In this document: piece by piece, positions 39,706 through 52,059 of the stretch | How the letters are laid out: the number at the start of each line of letters is the position of its first letter | How positions within the stretch are numbered: position 1 is the first letter of the stretch | Position numbers and translations under genes: made by a program | The notes under the pieces: model-generated | The model's input: the letters and a program-made list of their open reading frames with translations, nothing else | The model's database searches: none | What the model was told of the DNA's origin: nothing | Source: Vermamoeba vermiformis | Taxonomy: Eukaryota | NCBI GenBank assembly: GCA_045837725.1 | Contig: JBEWZL010000030.1 | Location: 434,001 to 498,000, forward strand | Length of the DNA: 64,000 bases | Direction of reading: 5' to 3'

Positions 39706-41780
39706 TTATGGTGAGAAACCAGACAGGCTTCTATTTAGTGTTGGAGTAACTTCTTGAGACACCTCATCATCGTAGCTCAGATGTGATGAAAGAGGTTTGC
39801 TGACGTGAGAGAGGATCTCCTTGTGGTGAGGGGATGCTGAGCAAATTAATGCTAAGCTTTGTACATTAGAGCTTGCCACGTCATGTCTGGTCTCTGTAAT
39901 CATGTTGCTATTATGAGCTGATGCTAGGCATTAGTAATGAGGTATAGTCGTCTGTATTAACTTACCATGTTCGAGAGTGGCATCGCAAGTCTTGCCAACA
40001 CGTTGTTTCTTTGTCAAACGATTGTGTGAAACGTCGATTCAGAACTTCGCTTCAAAGGGATTTGCACGCTGTCATCCATTCGCACGTCACGGCGCATCCT
40101 TTCATGAACGGCGTTAGCGCTATTGGAGAAATAGGTATAGTAAACATACTTGTACTCAACGTAAGGATAAGTTGAGGCTTGGATCCGTTGTTCAAGAGCA
40201 GTCAACTCATCGAAGTAAATGTCGTTCTCGGGGTTATGTAAGAACTCTTCAACGTCACGAACATCGATCTGTCGCACTGACTTGAAGGCTGGTCCTAATG
40301 ATGCAAAGTCACTGTCATCCATCATGTCAATCAAGGGCCAAAGCCACGTGTCACTTCTGACAATCACGGCGATGCAACAACGACATGTGATCTCTACTTG
40401 AGACAAGCCAGGGTCTCTCTTCTTCAGCACTTCAGCGACACTCTCCTCGCACTTGGCTTCGCTCAACTCGTCTCCTTTGAAGATCCAGGCCGTGTACAGA
40501 TCCTGCGCACATGGTTGCAGAGGATAGCTTGTCAGGGTAAGGTGCAAAGCTTCGGATATTACGGCGACATCAACTACGTTAGGAACGAGCCACAGCGTTG
40601 AACCAGGTTTCCTAAGCGACCGATTAGAAAAAGAGGATCTTGAGGATTATAGTCATTAATACGTACATTACGTTGCTAATAATATTGCTATCTAACATAT
40701 CGAAGGAGTCTAGGGACTTAGCATCGCTAGAAGAAAATTTGGTTGGCACACCAGATGTCAATTCATCTAAGTCGCCAACTTTTTTCACGATGTGTGGCTT
40801 GGTAACTTCATTCTCCGAATTTCCAGTGGCCATTAAAAGCACGTGGCCTGCACCAGTCGCAATGCTCTCGATGTACCGGTAGAGTTCCAGCGAGTTCTTG
40901 ACAACAATGACACGCTCAGCGATGTCAGGAGCAGTGGTCATAGTAAACATTGCCCTATTTCTATTGCTTTTTTGCATCTGGAACTTCTGGTATTGTAATG
41001 AAGTACAAACGCAGTCAAAGTAGGAGGGTAGATCGGATGTGGATCCGTTTGGCACCAAAACCAGCACCTTTCGTACTCGCAGCGTTGGACGCGCAGGTCT
41101 AAATAACTAGATTAGCACTTTTTTTTGTGCACCAGTATATTATCTAATTCGTACTTATCCGCAGGTGAGGAGCAAGTGGATTCGTCGATCTGCGAGTTGT
41201 CGGAAGCTGTCTGGTTCCTGCTTTCATCAAGGTTAGCAAGCAAATTTTCTCGTCTTATATAACTTACGTCTTCCGAGGCGTCGTTGGGGAGCTCTCTTTC
41301 GGCAGAACCTTAATATTGAGGGTCCACTCTGAGAAAACTGGATCTTCCTTAGATTCGATTTCAAAACCTGGCGAACTCGGACCTCTGCACACTAAGACCA
41401 GTTCTTTAATCCTGTACTTAGGCAACTCTAAGCATAGGATCGTGTGGCCCTTATGAACGCACAAAGTGAATGGGAGTATTCGGTTGGCCTCCAATTGCAA
41501 ACTCAGATCCGCTTCCTGCCCTGGCGTTGAGTTGACCTCCTTTAAGACCTCTTTGCTCGATAGTACCGCCTTTACGGTTTTGACGCCGATCAGTTGCGGC
41601 ACAGCAAGATAATATTTTCTCCGGTTCTGAAGCTCGCCGTTGAAAGGCTTTCCATTTTTGATAACTTTGTCCAGTCTCTTCTTATTGTCCGCTGATCGAC
41701 TTCCCGAAAGATTGGCAGAGAGGACTTTAACAATAAGTTCGTTGCTGCTTGAACCGGAACTGCCCGTACTCTGACCAGAA
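39706..41780 (-). CDS. Hypothetical multi-exon gene (5' end unresolved, may extend to ~42800)
   Basis: Series of minus-strand open exons (41264-41780, 40624-41097, 40014-40610, 39706-39925) with GTAAGT/GTACGT donors and TAG acceptors. Confidence 0.5.
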
Positions 41781-42621
41781 CTAGGGCATGAATCAAGCTA
41801 AATCAAAGGATTAATCAGTTTGACGAAGTTAAAGAATCTAATTATGACGCATTTTAGACGATAAATACAACGAGGATTAGTTTTAATCCTTGTCGATTCC
41901 GAATTAATTTCCCGCCGAAAGCCGGCTTTGTCATACTTTCAAATTTTGAATCATTTAGATCAAGATCTAGTGCCAAAAATAAATGCACGTTCAAATAAAA
42001 ATACCAAATTTAGGTTTTTAAATCGAGTACGTAGTCTATATTAGGCCTACGACTTGAACTTACACTTGACGAATCTGGATTGAACTCCAAAGAGACATTC
42101 TGGCTGCTTTGGAGGTTGTTATCCATCCTAATAGCTACACGACCAACTCCTAATTACTATCGTACGTGCAGGTCAGGTAAGGAGGGGTCTGTGCTGGCTT
42201 ACAGAGTCAACTGATCCTCCTAAAACCTCACAAGACGAAGATTTTGTTTCTGTGTCACAAACGTCAATACCTAATTTAGAAAATTTAGTAAAATATCGGG
42301 CAAATCATAAACTGGGTATAGGCGTATTAATTACTAAAAGTTAGGTTGAAAAATTACTTACGTCACTCTGCTCCACGACCTGAGCTAATTGTTTTCTTTA
42401 AATTCCATGTTGACAGGATTAACAGATTGCTTTAGTGTATAATTCTTGTTGTTGGACCGTTTTTGTTTGTCGTTTTGGTTTTGGCTTGTTTGGGGCAGAT
42501 CTGATATTTCGTACTCGAGCTCCTCTTCGTCCTCATCTTCATTGCTATACGCTTCAACAATACGTTACTATAATTAATTTTATCAAACATGTTAGGCGAA
42601 TGTCTCCAAAGCATGAAGTAT

Positions 42622-43306
42622 AAATAATATTCTAAAAAATTCAGAAAAATACAGAATATTATTATCTAGCAATATTACTATTTTGTTGATACATACGCTG
42701 ATATTCTCGCTACTGCGTTTATTTTGTTTAATGCAGTTTGGTCGTAATCGAAATGGATCGTCTTCGCCTTTCTGTCGATAAAGCTGACGGTCTTACAATG
42801 TCGAATATTTACTAGGGTAATATACATGTGTTAGATTGCAGCTAAAAATGACATAACTCGTTGTGCTTTATAATGCCTGGAAAATTAAAAGGTCGTTTGT
42901 GCCACGAAATTCTAGTTGACAACTTCGTTCGGCTTTGGAAGCGTTCACAACTTATCGCGATAAGTCAACTGCAACACAACACCAATGGATTTTCAAGAAG
43001 TAACGTTGCAAGATGTATTCAGCAAGCGGTACATGACCGAGGACGCGTGCGTATATCACATCTACCTGCCGCGCGATCAATCAGATGTAGCAACATTAGA
43101 AACAAAAAGAAAAGAGTTCATGACGTATTTAAATGCAGAATATATCAAGGATTACATTTGGCAAGACGATCCGTTTCAATTACGGATCTACAGCGTCGAA
43201 CAAAATAAACCCAGAAGCGAGAATATTGAAGGTATGTATTTATAAGGCCATAATACCGCTTAATTTTAATATTCTGTATTTTTCTGATTTTTTTAGAATA
43301 TTATTT
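42622..43306. repeat. Inverted duplication: arms ~42622-42764 and ~43163-43306
   Basis: The reverse complement of 42622-42660 matches 43268-43306 at 38/39 nt. The reverse complement of 42689-42764 resembles the 3' end and donor of ECD exon 1 (43163-43240). Confidence 0.85.
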
Positions 43307-45352
43307 TACTTTTCTTTGCGATCTCTCGAGACTAATTTCTTATTCAAAGACGATTACAACCACTTATTTGGCACCACCCGATTCGGTGAAAATATAGAAG
43401 ATGAATGGTTTATTGTATTCTTGTTATTTCAACTTTCAGCCAAATACCCGAATATAATTATAAGGTAAGTCAGATCTGATCCGTTGAACACAATTAATTT
43501 TCGTTAATTTGCCTATGAAAAGTATCTAATATTATAAATTATAGTATTGAAGATAACGATGGTCAATTTCTGTTGATTGAAGCAGCGGATCACATTCCGC
43601 ATTGGATCAAGCCCGAAAACAGCAAGTTCCGCGTGTGGATTAACAAATCGAGCTTGAATATTATTCCGATACCACGTGATCCGATGGAGATTATGACACT
43701 GCCCGTCAAATTGACACCTGTCAGTGCAGTAGATCTGATCCAAAATCAACCAGTCTCAACGATCGCAGCAGATCCGGTCCAAAAAAGCATCAAAGATCGA
43801 TTAGACGAATACCCAAAAAAGGCAAGAGAATCTTTGCACCATTCACGGTGTATCGTACCTGAAAGCATTGCAAAAATTCTTCACCGAGATCCACAACTGA
43901 TCGCACCAGCTGTCAACTCGTTCTTTTACAGAGACTTAGTTGCTATGCGTGCGTGCAATGTAATGGAGAAATTTAATCCAAAAAAGGAAAAAATGGTCGA
44001 ATTATCGCTCAAGTTCACGCGGTGTTTGTTCGCGCAGTTGGATCGACAAAATTTTCACGCGCCAAAACCGTTCAAAGACATTCTACCTCAAGAAAACGAT
44101 CCTAAATATAAAGTGGCATTATTAGGCATGAAATTGGTAAGTATAAAGCTTCATAATAATTTGTCACCGTAAAATTAACATTAATTTTGTTCAGACATGC
44201 GGCTTTGAAATTCTGTATCAAGACGGCAAGAAGAAATTATCGACATTTAATGATGATATTATCAAAGTAAGTATATTAGTAATATTATCGTTAAGTTAGG
44301 GTCAGATCTAATGAAATTTTTATAGGACTATAGTTTTGAAGACGATCGCGTGTGGATCCAGTTCAACGAAATGCTGTCAAACGAAGGATTTTACAAACAA
44401 GAACGACCCGGCTCAAAGTTATTCCGAGAATTGGAGAAAAAGGCCAAATCAGAGTACATTGAAGCATTGCGCAAGAAAGACGCATCCGTGATCGAGCTCC
44501 TAGAATCAAAATCTGCCAAAGCAACTAAGAAAATGGATATTATATTAGCACTACCTTTTAATATGGAAGACCTTAGCGATGCGATGAAACAACCGTCGGA
44601 TCCAGAAGATTGGTTGAACATTTCGCAACAGGAGGTTGACGACATTATTTCTAAGAAACAACGTGATTTAGAGAAGGCCAAGAAGTATACAAAGCAAGAA
44701 GACGATGGCGAGGATGATATGGACGATGACGAGGCTAATGTAGATGAAAACAATTTGTTCGACTTTATCGTCAAGGGCATGAAACAATTCGGGCAGAAAA
44801 TTTCAAGTTTTGAAGGCGCTGAAATGCCTGGAGAGTAAGTATTGAGTCATAATATTATATTATTAATGAATGGGGGTATTAATATCACTTTCTATTCTTA
44901 GTCCCGAAGACGAATTTGATATCGATACCGATGACTTTGCGAAGATGTTTCATAAAGCAGTGCAAAGATCCAAGCAAGATATCAATAAAGACGGCTCATC
45001 TGATGAAGACGATGAATTCTACGATGGATTCATGAACGAAGATTCTGAAGAAGACGAGGAAGGTGACGGTGAACTGGACGATGAAGACATGAAGCAGTTA
45101 ATGGCTGCTATGGATCGAGAACTGTCGAAGACGAACATTGGCAAGAGCTTCGAGCGTGTGCCTAAGGCTGCAAGACGAGCACAACAAGGCGATGATAATG
45201 ACGAAGATAGTAGTGAAGACGATGAAGGTGAAGTGGATCCGCAGCTCAATTTGGTGAAGAACTTCTTGGAGTCTTATGCAGCACAAGAAGGCACAGCTGG
45301 TCCTGTCTCGAACTTGCTCAACGAGTTGGGTCGTCGAGCACCCAAGAAATAA
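42985..45352 (+). CDS. ECD: Ecdysoneless / SGT1-like protein
   Basis: YIWQDDPFQL, GTTRFGENIEDEWFIVFLL, DNDGQFLLIEAADHIPHWIKPE, FTRCLFAQL, LGMKLTCGFEIL, NLVKNFLESYAAQEGTAGPVSNLL. Confidence 0.95.
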
Positions 45353-45467
45353 CTCGAAAATAACTTGTAAATAAACACTAGTGTTAAATACCTGCAACCC
45401 CGCGAGCGTAAGGAGCACTCTTATTTTCTTTGCACGAATGTGTTGGTTTATTGTTTTGTTATCGTTC

Positions 45468-46547
45468 TTATCCGCGAACAACCTTGGTGCGTCTTCGTTC
45501 AGCGCGTTCTCTTCGTCGTTGTTCCTTGGGATCCAATTCACCTTCGTCTTCCTTGGCAGCAGACTAATGGCAATCAATGTTAGCTACGACTAATCAATGC
45601 GTGCGTATCTTACTCTTGCTTGGAGCAAAGGCCAAACGATGGAGGTCCAGATCTTGTACGTGCCAAAGACGGGGATCTGAGCGGACGTTAGAACGTCGTT
45701 TTTTGCGAATACTATGTAAAACTTACAGCAAGATACACGAGCCAGAACCAGTTAGAGATGATGGAAGTCAATTGGACAAACCAGTTAATGTACAAAACGT
45801 CCCAGTAGTACCTACAAGCAGATCCGTTAGCAAACGCAAAATAAAACATTAAATAATCAACGTAACAGCGCGAGCACGACGAGTGCAAAAAACGGAAGGA
45901 GAAAAGAGAAGGGATTGGACTGGCAAAAAAAAATAAAAAAGGTATTGCATCGGAAGGGATTCGAACCCTTGCATCCGAAGATATTGGAGCCTTAATCCAA
46001 CCCCTTAGACCAACTCGGGCACCGATGCGATCGTTGATCCGTCGTCAAGCAAACTCAACATCCTGTCCGGATCGGTCCCATGCGATGTCTTTGTTTGCCT
46101 GTTTGTCTTCGTTTCTCTCTCTCCTTCGTGCTACTTTCGAATACCTCTGCAAACTGTATGAAGTACTTACTCCATCAAGCCCTTTTGTCCCAAGTCCTCA
46201 CCGGGGCTCAGCAATTCGCCAGTGGCCTCGTCAAAAGTAGGCTTTGCGTGGCCGGAGAGGGACCAGTAGCAAAACACGTTCGCGCCAACGAGAAGGAGGA
46301 AGCCAGCATAGTCCCAAAATCCAAGCTCGCTAAACATAATTCGGTAGCCAAGGTGAAGCACGGTCAAAGCCTTGATACTTCAGTGAGCAAATTGAAATTG
46401 TTTCAAAAAAATTGAATTACCGCGTCAAAAATTCCAAATAAATGTATATTAAATAGAACATACCGAGAAACCAAGGACCATCATAATTAAAAATTTCAGT
46501 GTTTTTTGGTTCTGCTTCAGAAGTTTTTTAGCTGCTGCGTTCGCCAT
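45468..46547 (-). CDS. TMEM208: TMEM208/Snd2 (SRP-independent ER targeting), 5 exons
   Basis: MANAAAKK, AKPTFDEATGELLSPGEDLGQKGLMEYYWDVLY, SNWFWLVYLAIPVFGTYKIW. Confidence 0.92.
45870..46142 (-). repeat. Copy A of ~270-bp tRNA-Leu cassette with complementary terminal arms
   Basis: Homologous to 47544-47806, including ~110 nt upstream and ~70 nt downstream of the tRNA. Confidence 0.9.
45946..46028 (-). tRNA. tRNA-Leu(AAG), 83 nt, inside TMEM208 intron 2 (45812-46170)
   Basis: Acceptor stem GCATCGG/CCGATGC, anticodon arm TTGGA-TTAAGGC-TCCAA, long variable arm ATC-TTCG-GAT, T arm AAGGG-TTCGAAT-CCCTT, followed by a T run. Confidence 0.97.
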
Positions 46548-46709
46548 CTGTGCTTATTTGTGCTCTCCTCGTGTCTAATATGAAATATATACTGACAAAA
46601 TATTACAATAACAAAGGTCTTCTGTTGACGTCACTCGTTCGTGAGCAAGCGGAAAATGCTTTGACCGTTTTTTTATCGTGTTTTACCCCCAACTAGTGAA
46701 CCACCACAA

Positions 46710-48864
46710 ATGGCAGAAAGTACAGAAATTAATATTACACCGGTTCAAATACCACCCCAAGAGGATAATAAGTCTGAGGTCAAGGTGGATTCGACAGATT
46801 GCGTCAAAGAAAATGATTCGGTTATCTTGCTAGAAAATGGCCAAAAATACGCCGTCGTGCGCATATCGAAAAAAGCGTAAGTTATTAAGAAATCATCGTG
46901 TTCTGAACGAGGCATATTTAATTATGAATTTTTTATTGATTTTTTCTCTAGTCAAACGAGGATCGGCAAACAACGCTGTAACCTCGAGCCCTTAATTGGT
47001 GCACCATATGGAACATATTTTGAAGCACGAGCTGGCAAGCTTTACAAGTTGGATAAAAAACCAGAACTGTCGCTTTCACTAGCCATTCCAGGTACGCTCA
47101 AACTATCATTTTCTATTTACCAGACAAATCATGTTAACGATCATATGAAGACACGATGGCTGAAGACGGTCAAACGAAGAAGAACAACAAAGAGCTTGTT
47201 GACGATAACAAAGCACAAGGATTATCAGCCGAACAAATCACAGAGATGAAGAAGCAAGGTGTCGGTGGCGAATCGATCATTCAAGCGTTAATTCAAAACT
47301 CGAGCTCATTCCAAAACAAGACCGAGTTCTCACAACAGAAATACATCAAGAAGAAGCAAGAGAAGTACGTACCACTTCGTGCCTTGACATAAATTACTCA
47401 CGCGTTAATCGTGCGCAGATATCTTCATTACATCGAAGTCTTGCCGCCAACAACACAGACACTCACGAAAGTTTACTTCACGAAAGCACCCTCGAAGATA
47501 TGGTAAGCCTCGTGCAAGTGTTAAATGCAATGTTCGTTGCGAAATTCGAAAGCAGCACGAAGGAGAGAAAGAGAAAAGAAGACAAGCAAGGACATCGCAT
47601 GCGACCGATCTGGGCAGGACGTTGAGTTTGCTCAGCGACGAATCAACGATCGCATCGGTGCCCGAGTTGGTCTAAGGGGTTGGATTAAGGCTCCAATATC
47701 TTCGGATGCAAGGGTTCGAATCCCTTCCGATGCAATACCTTTTTTATTTTTTTGACGAACCAAGCCCTTCTCTTTCTCTCCTTCCGTTTTTTGCCTCGGT
47801 GCTGCGATTGACTAATCCCTTTTTAGTTTCTTGCGCTTAGATTCCGTGAGTTACCTGCTTTCCATGGCTGAAATCCGATCCAAAAACCAGATTCTCGTTG
47901 TAGAGGATGCTATGGGTCTTATTGTTGGCTCAGCGGCTCAACGATTGAACGGTAAGTAGAGCTACATTTCCAATTTTCAATCGCTAAGCGGAGAGCTCAG
48001 GTCAAGGACGGATCATCAACTGTTTCCTCGGCCAATCGCCAAACACTCCTATTGCCAGTATGTTTAATTTGAGCAAAGAACATGCGAACGTCATCGAGCA
48101 CATTTCTTTCAAACGCGTACACGAGCTCGCTTTTGGAGATCAAGCGGCTCCCGTCGAGATCAAGGAAGAAGAGCCCGAGGTGAAGATCGAAGATATGCAA
48201 GTAGAAAAGAACCCAGAAGAAGAAGAGAATATCGATATTGAAGAGCCACATGAAGTGCAAGGTAAGTTTTATGCGTCGTGGGAAACGTTTCCCTTTTATG
48301 GTAAGATCTAACCCTCGTTTGACAGAAGGTCAAGAAAAGAACAACACCGCAACCCGAGAAAGCAAACAAAAGGAGACTGAAGAACATTTGTTCGAAGGAG
48401 CTGACTCCCTGATTATTGCTACAACACGCGTTGACGTAAAATCATTGCTTCAAGCCACGTACCCTTTCTTAGTACCAGGCCAACCGTTCAGCATATATTC
48501 ACCGTATATTGAAGTACGCTATCGTTGCCTCTTATAATCAATACTAATCGATATTATCTAGCCTCTTGCCGTCTGTCACCAATGGCTGAAAGAGTCCGAT
48601 ACCGCGTTGAACGTAACGTTAGGCGAAACATTTTACAGAGAATACCAGGTACGTCATATTATCTTATTATATGTATTATGCGTTCAAGGACTGGAATAAT
48701 TAAGTAAACAGGTATTGCCGCAACGCACGCATCCTTTAATGCGAATTCCCGCGACTGGAGGCTATGTTCTTACGGGCACTAAGATAATTAATAATCCGCC
48801 ACCAGCTGCGAATACAAACGAAGCCGCATCGTCGGAGCCTAAGCAAAAGAAACAAAAAGTCTGA
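46710..48864 (+). CDS. TRM6: tRNA m1A58 methyltransferase non-catalytic subunit (Gcd10/TRMT6)
   Basis: LIGAPYG, NNKELVDDNKAQGLSAEQI, FQNKTEFSQQKYIKKKQEKY, LRLDS, REYQVLPQRTHPLM. All exons join in frame. Confidence 0.95.
47652..47734 (+). tRNA. tRNA-Leu(AAG), identical to the 45946-46028 copy, inside TRM6 intron 47503-47826
   Basis: Full cloverleaf as in the first copy. Confidence 0.97.
47740..47753 (+). terminator. RNA polymerase III T-run terminator of tRNA-Leu (equivalent at ~45925-45940 on the minus strand)
   Basis: TTTTTT-A-TTTTTTT begins 6 nt after the discriminator base. Confidence 0.8.
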
Positions 48865-49079
48865 ACGTAACAATAAACTCCACTACTCGAATTGAATTCC
48901 ATTGACGCTATTTTTGTTTCATTTCAAACCAAAACTTTATTTGGTTCGATTTTTATTAAAATACACAGAGGGAAACAAGTTACATTATAATAATAACTTT
49001 TGTTTTCGTATTTACAAGGGGGGATAATGACAAATAATAACACAAAAAAAATACACCGGTTAGTTTTGTTTTTCGCTAT

Positions 49080-50659
49080 CTACAATCGTTGAGTTGGGTT
49101 ATCTTGCGAGGGATTTAAATCTTCTTGCTTCTTCCGTAGCATAGTCGCCATGTGCTAAACAAAAGTATAAATATCAGTACCATCATTCACTTAACATATG
49201 ACGGCTAGTTAAAATATACAGCCGTCATGTCAATAATGCCTGCAACGATTAAATATTGCAAGCGAATTACATTTCAATTGAATCGGACGTAAATCGTAAT
49301 GATTTTCGAGTATAATATCGTCCTTATAAAGTAATTACGAGTACTAATAAGAAACTTACAGTCGCCCAATCACTAAAATTCGGGAACCGATCCCGCTTTG
49401 TTTCTTGCGGCTTATCAGGACCAAGTTGAGCCGTATTATTGATAAATGTCTCTGGTGCAAATCTTATCGTCGTCGTATGATTTGTATCAATATCTAAATG
49501 ATTCGCTTCCTCTTTCTAAAATTAGATCGGTTAGTATCTTACGTACGGGACAGAAACTAAAATAACACCTATTTACGCGTAATAATGGCGCATGTAACGA
49601 TGATATCATCGCGCAAAGCTATTTCTCGCATTCAACGCGATAAATCATCGAGCTGAATTTCAGATTGAAGAAAGTGACCAAAAAAATTTTATAAATTTAC
49701 ACGAGCCGGCATTATTTCATATATGCGTTGTCGGTCACGATTATTCGTTAATTTTATAAAGATTTCAAAAAACGGATTTTTTTTTAGCTTACCGGTTCAA
49801 GATCGGGCGGTGTCGTGGAACTCGATATTGAAGCTGAATGATTGTTCGGGGTAGCTGGCTGCGATAGTGACCTCACTGATTTGATATACCTGAATGGTGA
49901 TACAAAATCTTTGTTGTCGGCAAACTCCCGTTCCTTCTGTAGAAAGAAGTCGAACAAATCCACTTCGTCCAAGTCTTGATTCCGCAATGCCAAGGAGGTG
50001 AAATGCTTCCTGCTCGATGGAGGGGTCGCTGAAGATTCTAAACCATCGTCATCCGTCTTTTTGATCGCCGAAAGCTTTAATGAGACAATCTCGGTCCGTT
50101 TACGTGCGCTTGAAACTTCAGGAATGGCTACTGGTGATGTCATTGATGCTGTATTAATGGGTGGGATCATATTGGGCTTGACGGGACTCGAGCTGAGGGA
50201 CGTTTTTGTTTGTGCTGCAACTTTCTGCGGCGTTGAGCTCGATCGTCGCCTGGATGCCGCATCGACCTTGGTGACAGCTGCAGGGACAGCAGTGCCACAA
50301 TTAGGTACGTGTGCGCCATTTACGGGGGACCCGCCTGCGGTATTGGCTGGGACCGCCGCTAAATTGCCATTATTATTCAGACCATTGATTATTTCTTCGT
50401 TGCTGCCGGGTCCTATGCTGACTCTTAATTTTCTATCTGTGTCTTTTTTACGTGGTGAATTTGATGATACGTTTGCACGAGCGCTGCGTGGGCTCGTGGA
50501 TGGATTATTTTTCCTACTATCAGAGCCGTTTGTTTTGGCTAAATTCAACGGTGTAATTTGGACTACACTAATTCTCTTTTTCGTGCTGCGGGGCGATTTT
50601 GTTGATTCTGAACCATCGAGGGAGGTTTCCAAATCGTTATCTCTCGATGTTGAGCTCAT
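49080..50659 (-). CDS. Hypothetical S/T/P-rich protein, 3 exons
   Basis: 291-aa first-exon ORF, plus exons ~49360-49515 and 49080-49154 with canonical splice sites. Confidence 0.65.
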
Positions 50660-50925
50660 ATCTGGCCAAAACTGTTTAATTGCGCTGTATTAGTGCTCCT
50701 CCATTCTATTTAACCGATGTTCTATTGACCAAAGATCGAAATATGTTCGTTATCCAAACAAAATCAACAACCTAACTGCGGAGATACAATCTTTTTTGTA
50801 TGGCGAATAAAATTGATAAAAATTTCACGTGCTGCACTGTCTCACGCTAGCTTGTTTGGAGCTCTTTTTCCAATTTATTGTTTGCGTACTACCTCACTTG
50901 TATTATTTATTTATTTCCCTAGCTA

Positions 50926-51766
50926 ATGGCTGAAACTCCTGCCTCATTATTATTAAAAAAGCAGCTCCGAGGTAAATTACCCGCATAATTACGGAAATAT
51001 CAGAAAAACGCAATTCTCGCATATTCATTATTAATATGGTACCTGCCTTGCAAATTTCTAATCACGCAAATTGACAGATTTGAGCAAGAACCCAGTCGAA
51101 GGTATTTCTGCTGGACTTGTTGACGAGTCGAATGTATTTGAGTGGCAAGTCTGCATTGTCGGCCCTACTGATACATTATAGTAAGTAAAGCAAATTTATG
51201 CTGATTTTTTGAATTTTTTTTTCCTTTATTGCAAGATTGACTGAAAAATATTTCCATAGTGAGGGAGGAGTCTTCAACGCAATTCTCAAGTTTCCCGAAG
51301 AATATCCTAACATGCCTCCGAAGATGAGATTCACTACGAAGCTCTATCATCCAAACAGTAAGGGCACGAGACGGATGCGATCGGATTCATTTTTTAATTT
51401 TTTCTCTTAAGTCTATCAAACTGGTGAGGTCTGTATTTCTATATTACACCCTCCTGGTGAGGACAAGTGGGGTTATGAGCGTCCGGAGGAGAGATGGCTT
51501 CCTGTACACAGTCCCGAGACTATTTTACTGAGTGTCATTTCTATGCTGTCGGATCCAAACGACCAATCACCTGCCAACCTTGAAGCTGCTGTAAGTAACG
51601 CATAGATATATTTTTTAAAATTAATGCAATCGAATACACTTTAATTTTCGATTGTTTTTTGCTGATGCGATTTTCTTTGATATTACAGAAAGATTGGCGA
51701 GAGAACCAAGCACTGTTTAAGAAGAAGGTTCGACAGTGCGTCCTTCGCTCTCAAGAAGAAATGTAA
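50926..51766 (+). CDS. UBE2G1: Ubiquitin-conjugating enzyme E2, UBE2G/Ubc7 family
   Basis: [48 protein letters not shown] (acidic loop), [17 protein letters not shown]. Confidence 0.92.
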
Positions 51767-52059
51767 ATTTAGGTACCTCTTCAGTACACGTTCCGTAAAA
51801 ACTCTTTGTAAATAGTCTCGATCTGATGGTTTGGTTGTCGAACACTTTAAAAGTTAACAGAGCGTTGATTCAGCCAATATTAGGTCAAATAAATAATAAC
51901 GTTCATCGTTATCGTCAATAGACAGTTTTAGGGTCGATCTGCCTCTTGGGGCAACTCGCGCACGCATCCAGTGTACCGCGCTCGTACCGGCAAACAATCC
52001 GCTGCGTATGATCCGGTCTCCACTGGCTCATCGCTGAAGCAACGCGTATCCCAACACTA

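Larger units (their letters stand above)
47544..47806 (+). repeat. Copy B of ~270-bp tRNA-Leu cassette with complementary terminal arms
   Basis: 47559-47575 is the exact reverse complement of 47768-47784, and 47552-47558 of 47799-47805. Confidence 0.9.

Noticed and set aside
5156-45352. PRP8 and its known partner ecdysoneless in one window
   Set aside because: They are 30 kb and many unrelated genes apart, consistent with chance.
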